64,000 bases of DNA from Paracoccaceae bacterium (lineage in GTDB: Bacteria; Pseudomonadota; Alphaproteobacteria; Rhodobacterales; Rhodobacteraceae): NCBI GenBank assembly GCA_965209045.1, contig CBDBPW010000001.1, positions 258,111 through 322,110 on the forward strand. The letters run 5' to 3'. Below, piece after piece: positions 57,818-64,000 of this stretch. The notes under the pieces are model-generated. The model searched no databases, had not been told where the DNA came from, and worked only from the letters and a program-made list of their open reading frames with translations. Positions within the stretch are counted from its first letter, which is position 1. Each line of letters opens with the position of its first letter. The translations under genes and the position numbers were made by a program.

Positions 57818-59314
57818 TCAATTGCTGCGTTGCGGCACTGCCGGTCCCGTCATCACGGATCGGACTCCTGCATAGAGCGCGCGGTATCGCGCCAGGTTTT
57901 CTGCATGATAGCTCGCCATGCCGGGATCCGGGTCGATCGTGCCAACAACGCCGACCGGTGCGCAGACTTCCTGCGGGTCGGCGCCTTCGGACGCCGCCAT
58001 GCCCAGGCGCGCGGCACCGAAGGCGGCACCGGAGTCGCTCACAACCGGAATGGAGAGCGGCAATCCGGAAGCGTTGGCGATCATCTGGACCCAGGATCGG
58101 GATCGCGCGCCGCCGCCGATGGCATGGACAAGATCCGGATCGGTGCCGGCCGAACGCAGCGCTTCGACGCAATCGACAAATGCATAGGCCACGCCTTCCA
58201 TTGCGGCACGCACCAGGTCGCCGATATCCGTCGCCTGACTCATTCCTGCCAGAACGCCGCGCGCACCGGCGTCGTTATGCGGCGTTCGCTCGCCGGAAAG
58301 ATACGGCAGAAACGTGAGCGGCTCGCCTGCAGGTCGCGCCGGGTCGATTCCTGCAACCAGGGCGGCGGGATCACGTCCGGCGACGCGACCCAGCCAGTTG
58401 AGCGTGTCGGTCGCCGAGAGGATCACGCCCATCTGGTGCCACGTGCCAGGAACTGCGTGGCAGAAGGCATGAACTGCGGCGTCCACGTTGGGGGCGAACC
58501 CGTCGGTGGCGACAAACAGCACGCCGGAGGTGCCAAGCGAAACGAATCCCGTTCCCGGAGCAACCGCGCCGACGCCAGCTGCCGAAGCCGCGTTGTCGCC
58601 TCCGCCACCGGCAATCACGGGCGGCGCTGCCATGCCCCATCGATCCGCAAGTTCAGGCCTGAGCCGGCCCGCCTGTTCCGAACCCTCGACCAGGTCCGGC
58701 ATGTGATCCTCCGAAAGACCCGTCGCGTCCAGCAGTTCGCTCGACCAGCAGCGACCGCCCACGTCCATCCAGAGCGTTCCGGCGCTGTCGGACATGTCCG
58801 AAAGATGCTCTCCCGCAAGGCACAGCCTCAGCCAGTCCTTCGGCAACAGGACTTTCGCCACCCTTTCGAAGATGTCCGGTTCGTGGGTCCGCACCCATTC
58901 GATCTTCGGCGCGGTAAAGCCAGGCATGACCAGGTTGCCGCCTATGCCGGCAAAATCGGCGCGGGCGTCCAGCGCGGCGCACTCCGCCTCCGATCTCCCG
59001 TCGTTCCACAGAATGCATGGCCGCAGCACCCGATCATTCGCATCAAGAAGCGTCGCGCCGTGCATTTGCCCCGAAAGACCGATGCCGCGCACCTGAGCCA
59101 TCTCTTCCCCGTGTGCGCCCGCCAGTTCGTCAAGGGCTGACTTGACCGCTGCCCACCACCAGCGCGGATCCTGTTCGGACCAGCCGGGCCTGGGTCGGGA
59201 AACATCGAGTTTCGCTTGGCGCAAGGCGACGGCTTCCTGCACGGCGTTCATCAGGAGCACCTTGACGCCAGAGGTTCCCAGGTCGATTCCAAGCCAATGG
59301 CCAGCTGCCTTCAT
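57818..59314 (-). CDS. xylB: xylulokinase (FGGY family)
   Basis: LGIDLGTSGVKVLL..GWSEQDPRWWW..GLSGQMHGATLLD are typical XylB motifs. Confidence 0.8.
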   Translation of the reverse strand: MKAAGHWLGIDLGTSGVKVLLMNAVQEAVALRQAKLDVSRPRPGWSEQDPRWWWAAVKSALDELAGAHGEEMAQVRGIGLSGQMHGATLLDANDRVLRPCILWNDGRSEAECAALDARADFAGIGGNLVMPGFTAPKIEWVRTHEPDIFERVAKVLLPKDWLRLCLAGEHLSDMSDSAGTLWMDVGGRCWSSELLDATGLSEDHMPDLVEGSEQAGRLRPELADRWGMAAPPVIAGGGGDNAASAAGVGAVAPGTGFVSLGTSGVLFVATDGFAPNVDAAVHAFCHAVPGTWHQMGVILSATDTLNWLGRVAGRDPAALVAGIDPARPAGEPLTFLPYLSGERTPHNDAGARGVLAGMSQATDIGDLVRAAMEGVAYAFVDCVEALRSAGTDPDLVHAIGGGARSRSWVQMIANASGLPLSIPVVSDSGAAFGAARLGMAASEGADPQEVCAPVGVVGTIDPDPGMASYHAENLARYRALYAGVRSVMTGPAVPQRSN

Positions 59315-59459
59315 GCATTTCTTCCTGGCCGGACCGGCAACGGCAGCCAGCCGACGGCGAGGCTCGGTTTCCGCTCGCCCCTGATCCGGACCGACGTCAC
59401 GCCAGTTCGGTCACCGCGCGTCTGCGGCACATCCATTGCCGGTGTCCCGTCCACCAGAA

Positions 59460-60278
59460 TCACCTGAGCCCGAGCACGTCCAGCATGTCGTAGCGTCCCG
59501 GTGCCTGTTCGAGACCCCAAACAGCTGCCTTGAGCGCGCCCCGGGAGAATATCCGGCGGTCGGTCGCGAGATGACGCAGCACGATGCGCTCGCCGTCCGC
59601 GGCAAATATCACGTCATGCTCGCCAACGACATCACCGCCCCGCAATGCCGCGAAGCCGATGTTCCCCTTTTGCCGTGCGCCTGTCATGCCGTCACGGCCC
59701 CGCTCGGAAACGCTGCCCAGTGAAACGCCGCGGCCTTCCGCCGCGGCCTCGCCCAGCATGAGCGCCGTGCCTGAAGGCGCATCCACCTTGTGTCTGTGAT
59801 GCGCCTCGACAATCTCGATGTCGAAATCCTCGTCGAGCGCCGCCGCCGCCTTGCGCGTGAGTTGCACGAGAAGATTGACGCCCAGGCTCATGTTGCCTGC
59901 CCGAATGACGGTTGCGTGCTTGGCGGCGGCATCGATCCTCTTCAGGTCGTCGTCCGAAAGGCCTGTCGTGCCAATGACGTGCACGCATCTTGCCTGTGCC
60001 GCCAGTTCTGAAAGGGCGACCGTCGCGCCTGGCGTCGTGAAGTCAATCACGACCCGGGCGTTGACGATTGCCTCGATCGGATCATCCGTGACGGTCACGC
60101 CCAGGGCGGCCCTTCCCATGGCCTCGCCCAAGTCCGCTCCGATCCAGTCATGCCCCGGCCGTTCGGTGGCCCCGGCCAAGCTCAACTTGCTCGAATCCAG
60201 CACCTCTCCCAGAATCATGCGGCCCATCCGGCCTGAAACGCCGGCAATGACAACACCTGGCTGTTCCGTCATGTCCAA
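59460..60278 (-). CDS. dapB: 4-hydroxy-tetrahydrodipicolinate reductase
   Basis: [13 protein letters not shown]-terminal Rossmann motif and [16 protein letters not shown]. Confidence 0.9.
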   Translation of the reverse strand: MDMTEQPGVVIAGVSGRMGRMILGEVLDSSKLSLAGATERPGHDWIGADLGEAMGRAALGVTVTDDPIEAIVNARVVIDFTTPGATVALSELAAQARCVHVIGTTGLSDDDLKRIDAAAKHATVIRAGNMSLGVNLLVQLTRKAAAALDEDFDIEIVEAHHRHKVDAPSGTALMLGEAAAEGRGVSLGSVSERGRDGMTGARQKGNIGFAALRGGDVVGEHDVIFAADGERIVLRHLATDRRIFSRGALKAAVWGLEQAPGRYDMLDVLGLR

Positions 60279-60331
60279 CCTCCCGTTCCCGACTTCCTTA
60301 CGCGCTTGCCCGCAGGCTCGCCAGCACTTAG

Positions 60332-60739
60332 ATGCGGGACATGTCGCGTTCCCGCCTTCATGACGGCCCAGGTCCCTCCCAGCGCCAGCTTCGGGTCGCA
60401 GAACTGATCAGGCGACGGCTCTCGGACGTCCTGATCCAGGACGATGTCCACGACCCGGAACTCAATTCCATGTCGATCACCGTTGGTGAAGTCACCTGTT
60501 CGCCGGACCTCAAGGTTGCAACCGCCTACATACTGCCTCTGGGCGGAAACAACCGGGACGAGGCGCTGGACGCCCTTCGCCGCAATCGCTCGGACATCAG
60601 GCGCATCGTCTGCAAGGGCCTGCAGCTGAAGTTCTCGCCGGAAATCCGGTTCCGCATTGACGAAACCTTCGACCGCCTTGATGACACCCGCGCCATGTTC
60701 GCCAATGAAAACGTTCGCCGCGATCTTGACACTGGCTAG
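60332..60739 (+). CDS. rbfA: ribosome-binding factor A
   Basis: [52 protein letters not shown]. Confidence 0.9.
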   Translation: MRDMSRSRLHDGPGPSQRQLRVAELIRRRLSDVLIQDDVHDPELNSMSITVGEVTCSPDLKVATAYILPLGGNNRDEALDALRRNRSDIRRIVCKGLQLKFSPEIRFRIDETFDRLDDTRAMFANENVRRDLDTG

Positions 60740-61436
60740 CGTCACGCTGGGTACAAGCGCCCTCGCCGCAGAATGCTGGAGCCTCGACTTCGAGAACGTG
60801 CCGTTCACGGCCTGCGAGATCGACCAGGCGGAGGAGGACGTCCGGCTGTTTCTGAACGACGCCGACGACAGGCTCTTCGGCACCTTTGAGAACGTTGCGG
60901 CACATGTCGGTGCGCAAGGCCGCCAGCTGGTCGTTGCCATGAACGGCGGCATGTACCACCCGAACCGGAACCCGGTCGGCCTGTACATCGAGGACGGGAT
61001 GGAACTCGCGCCCATCGTCACCAGTGAGGGGCCCGGAAACTTCGGGCTCCTTCCCAACGGCGTGCTCTGCCTGAACGACGGCTCCGCGGGCATTGCCGAA
61101 TCCCGCAGCTTTGTCCGGTCCGGAACCACCTGCAGCTTCGCCACCCAGTCCGGCCCGTTGCTTGTCATTGACGGACAGCTTCATCCTCGCTTCCTTGCCG
61201 ACTCGCCGTCCCGCTTCATCCGCAACGGAATCGGGGTGGCGGAAGACGGACGCATCGTGGTCGCGATCTCGGACCAGCCCGTCAACTTCCACCGCTTTGC
61301 CCGGCTGTTCCGCGACGTGTTCAAGACCCCCGACGCGCTCTTTCTCGACGGCAAGGTCTCTCGCCTGTACGCGCCGATGATCGGGCGTCACGACTTCGGC
61401 TTGCCCATGGGGCCGATCCTCGGCGTCACGAGGTAG
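60705..61436 (+). CDS. phosphodiester glycosidase family protein (DUF2233)
   Basis: Signal peptide [60 protein letters not shown] is the DUF2233 pattern. Overlaps the rbfA 3' end by 35 nt. Confidence 0.75.
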   Translation: MKTFAAILTLASVTLGTSALAAECWSLDFENVPFTACEIDQAEEDVRLFLNDADDRLFGTFENVAAHVGAQGRQLVVAMNGGMYHPNRNPVGLYIEDGMELAPIVTSEGPGNFGLLPNGVLCLNDGSAGIAESRSFVRSGTTCSFATQSGPLLVIDGQLHPRFLADSPSRFIRNGIGVAEDGRIVVAISDQPVNFHRFARLFRDVFKTPDALFLDGKVSRLYAPMIGRHDFGLPMGPILGVTR

Positions 61437-61623
61437 ACGCCGCTGCAACCGTGCCGCCGGGGCGGTTCCGTCGCGCGTGAGGCAGCGCGCGTTCAACACC
61501 CGCATGGGCGGCTCGGCACGACCGCCCGGGGCGGTGCACGGGCCTGCCTTCGTAGCGCATCGCATCGATTGACAGTCTCGCTCTTTCGGGGCTAGCACCC
61601 TTCCCTCTCGGAAAGGAACCCAG

Positions 61624-62529
61624 ATGGCACGGAGGAAGAAGGGGCGCAACATCTCCGGCTGGCTTCCGGTGGACAAGCCTCCCGGACCGACGTCGACGGC
61701 CGTGGTCAACAAGATCCGATGGGCGCTCGATTCAAGGAAGGCCGGTCACGCGGGCACGCTCGACCCGGCGGCCTCCGGCCTGCTCGCGGTAGCTTTCGGC
61801 GAAGCCACGAAGACCATTCCCTATGTCACCGACGCTTCAAAGGCCTACAGGTTCACGATACGCCTTGGCCGGGCGACCGACACGGGCGACGCGGAAGGCG
61901 AGGTCATCGCCACATCCGACGTGCGGCCTGACGACGAAGCATTGCTGGCCGCGCTGGCCGCGCTTGAAGGCGGCATCGAGCAGGTGCCGCCCGCATTCTC
62001 CGCGATCAAGATCGACGGGAAACGCGCGTATGACCGGGCCAGGGCCGGCGAGGACGTGCAGGTCGCGCCAAGACCCGTCCATGTCGAAAGCCTCAGCCTC
62101 GTCGATCGACCGGATTCCGAACATGTCACTCTGGAAATGGTCTGCGGCAAGGGAGTCTACGTGCGCTCCGTCGCGCGCGACCTCGGCCACGCACTCGGCA
62201 CCGAAGCACACGTTGTCCGGCTGCGCCGCACATGGTCAGGGCCCTTTCACGTCGATCAGGCCGTCGCGCTCGACCGGATCGAGGCGCTGGCACGGACCCC
62301 GGAGATCGATGCACTGATCCTCCCGCTCGAATCCGGCCTTGCGAACCTGGCGCAAGCCCAGGTCTCGGAGCAAGCGGTCGTCCGCATCCGCAACGGCTCT
62401 CCTGGGCAGGTCATCGCCACGGACGCCGCATTCGGCGAAAGGTGCTGGGCGGCGCATCGGGGAAGTCCGGTTGCCATCGGCACCTACTTGTCGGGCGAGT
62501 TTCATCCTGACCGCGTGTTCCGGTCATGA
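61624..62529 (+). CDS. truB: tRNA pseudouridine(55) synthase
   Basis: [28 protein letters not shown] contains the catalytic Asp motif. Confidence 0.95.
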   Translation: MARRKKGRNISGWLPVDKPPGPTSTAVVNKIRWALDSRKAGHAGTLDPAASGLLAVAFGEATKTIPYVTDASKAYRFTIRLGRATDTGDAEGEVIATSDVRPDDEALLAALAALEGGIEQVPPAFSAIKIDGKRAYDRARAGEDVQVAPRPVHVESLSLVDRPDSEHVTLEMVCGKGVYVRSVARDLGHALGTEAHVVRLRRTWSGPFHVDQAVALDRIEALARTPEIDALILPLESGLANLAQAQVSEQAVVRIRNGSPGQVIATDAAFGERCWAAHRGSPVAIGTYLSGEFHPDRVFRS

Positions 62530-63089
62530 ATCTCGTAACGCGGCGCCACGAAGACGGGCGGCAGGTCAGCGAGGCGGTCTATTCGAAGTGCAGGAAGTAC
62601 CGCTATTCGTTGACGCGCGTCTGGGACCACCACGACCGTCGTCTTCTCTACATCATGCTGAATCCTTCGACGGCAACCGAGCTTGCGAACGATCCCACCA
62701 TCGAGCGATGCGAGCGGCGCGCCCGCATGCTTGGCTACGGCGGGTTCCGGGTCTGCAACCTGTTTGCCTTCCGCGAAACCGATCCGCTGCAGCTCAAGCG
62801 GGCACCCACGCCTGAAGGGCCGGACAACACGGAACAGATTCTTGCCGCCATTGACTGGGCGGACGACATCCTGTGCGCCTGGGGCATTCACGGGGCACAT
62901 CGCAGACAGGGACGGTCGGTGCTCGAACTCCTCCTCGCGTCATCGAAGCCCGTGCTTGCCCTTGGCGTGACCGGTTCCGGACACCCCCGGCATCCACTCT
63001 ATGTCCCCTACCGATCACGGCCCAAGCCTTGGCGCGAACACGCTGGTCGGGGACAGGGGGGTTCGTGGCAATCCGTTCCCTTGCGGTAA
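62526..63089 (+). CDS. DUF1643 domain-containing protein
   Basis: [35 protein letters not shown] matches the DUF1643 signature. Its start overlaps the truB stop (ATGA). Confidence 0.75.
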   Translation: MNLVTRRHEDGRQVSEAVYSKCRKYRYSLTRVWDHHDRRLLYIMLNPSTATELANDPTIERCERRARMLGYGGFRVCNLFAFRETDPLQLKRAPTPEGPDNTEQILAAIDWADDILCAWGIHGAHRRQGRSVLELLLASSKPVLALGVTGSGHPRHPLYVPYRSRPKPWREHAGRGQGGSWQSVPLR

Positions 63090-63247
63090 GGCCGGACACG
63101 CGACTGATTCCTGGGCGGCTTGGCGAGTGCTGCGTCGAAGATTCCTCTTTTCATCCACCGTGGCGCCGACTATATGCGCGCATCCGACCTCCACGGGCCC
63201 TGCTGGACGACATCCCGGCTTGCGCCATGACCCGAAAGGAGACCCCG

Positions 63248-63517
63248 ATGTCGATCACCGCTGAAGAGAAGGCACGTGTCATCAAGGAATATGGCACGAA
63301 AGAGGGCGACACCGGATCGCCCGAAGTGCAGGTTGCCATCCTTTCGTCCCGGATCACGACCCTGACCGAGCATTTCAAGACCCACAAGAAGGACAACCAT
63401 TCGCGCCGCGGCCTCCTGAAACTTGTCGCGCAGCGCCGAAGGCTTCTGGACTACGTGAAGCGCAAGGAAGAGTCGCGCTACCAGGATCTCATCCAGCGAC
63501 TTGGCCTGCGCCGCTGA
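63248..63517 (+). CDS. rpsO: 30S ribosomal protein S15
   Basis: 89 aa: [57 protein letters not shown]... AAAGGAGA precedes ATG 63248. Confidence 0.95.
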   Translation: MSITAEEKARVIKEYGTKEGDTGSPEVQVAILSSRITTLTEHFKTHKKDNHSRRGLLKLVAQRRRLLDYVKRKEESRYQDLIQRLGLRR

Positions 63518-63687
63518 CGCGCCGCTGCAGCACGGCATTGACGGCATCGGCAGGCAAGGGAGCGGCACGACATTCGCCATGCATGGCCCGCCGTGAACCG
63601 GGGCATGCAATTTCGCCCGGATACCTGGCAATCTGGATCCAATCCAGGAGGCCGTTCAGACGACGCTCAGCCGGCAAGCGCCTGACA

Positions 63688-64000
63688 GTGACCCGCCTCG
63701 ACTTCCGGGTGCCGCTTGACACGGTCTGTTTCATCATCGCCAAGTCGCGAGACTTCGATGTCAAGACGGCATCTTCCGACCCGATGCATCGCCGCTGGAC
63801 GATGACGACATCGATGCTGCTGTCCTTGAGGACCGGCCATCGGATCCCGTTGAAGCCGAATTGAAGTCCTTCATCTCGGATCTGTCGGACGGCGCCCAGG
63901 TCGATCTCGTCGCGATCATGTGGATGGGGCGCGCCGAAGGCCCGGACAGCTGGACCGAGGCGAAGGAACTGGCATTCAGCCAGCAAAACGATCGCACGGC
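63688..64000 (+). pseudogene. DUF3775 domain protein, apparently frameshifted; 3' end beyond the window
   Basis: (GTG 63688) TRLDFRVPLDTVCFIIAKSRDFDVKTASSDP is in one frame. DASPLDDDDIDAAVLEDRPSDPVEAELKSFISDLSDGAQVDLVAIMWMGRAEG.. follows in the -1 frame. The switch is at GACCCGATGCA (about 63779-63785), consistent with loss of 1 nt. Confidence 0.55.

Overview
High-GC alphaproteobacterial chromosome segment. Gene content looks Rhodobacteraceae-like: smoEFGK-mtlK polyol operon, divergent phaZ/phaC with phasins, katG, scoAB, xylB, dapB, rbfA-truB-rpsO. I support about 60 intact CDSs. These include three ABC uptake systems, two uncharacterised sugar or CoA-ester catabolic loci, a flavin-dependent two-component monooxygenase cluster with an aldehyde dehydrogenase, a PHA granule locus, an ECF sigma module and housekeeping genes. 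I saw no rRNA, tRNA or CRISPR array. Four things stand out. (1) An AT-richer cassette encodes an AAA ATPase plus an RloB/Toprim protein (split-OLD, AbiL-like candidate anti-phage pair). It is boxed in by two inverted, truncated IS5-family ends and an IS3 stub, and sits between katG and scoAB. (2) Gene wrecks are unusually dense: a complete IS1634-like element with a 6-bp target duplication inside a LacI gene that also has a frameshift and two in-frame TAGs; deletion scars fusing gene stubs (CoA-transferase/crotonase, ABC ATPase/permease, sorbitol dehydrogenase smoS); and decayed DUF3883 and DUF3775 genes. (3) Nearly identical hairpins present a CCUCCUCCC-type loop (cuckoo/CcsR-like anti-SD motif) in the 3' UTRs of both tandem phasin genes. 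Both phasin promoters also carry the same palindrome, TGCTGC-N3-GCNGCA. (4) A structured leader-like RNA lies between yhhQ and arfB, with a sequestered SD, an 18-codon ORF, a B12-box-like core and an intrinsic terminator. All family assignments come from reading the translations by eye. No database search was run.
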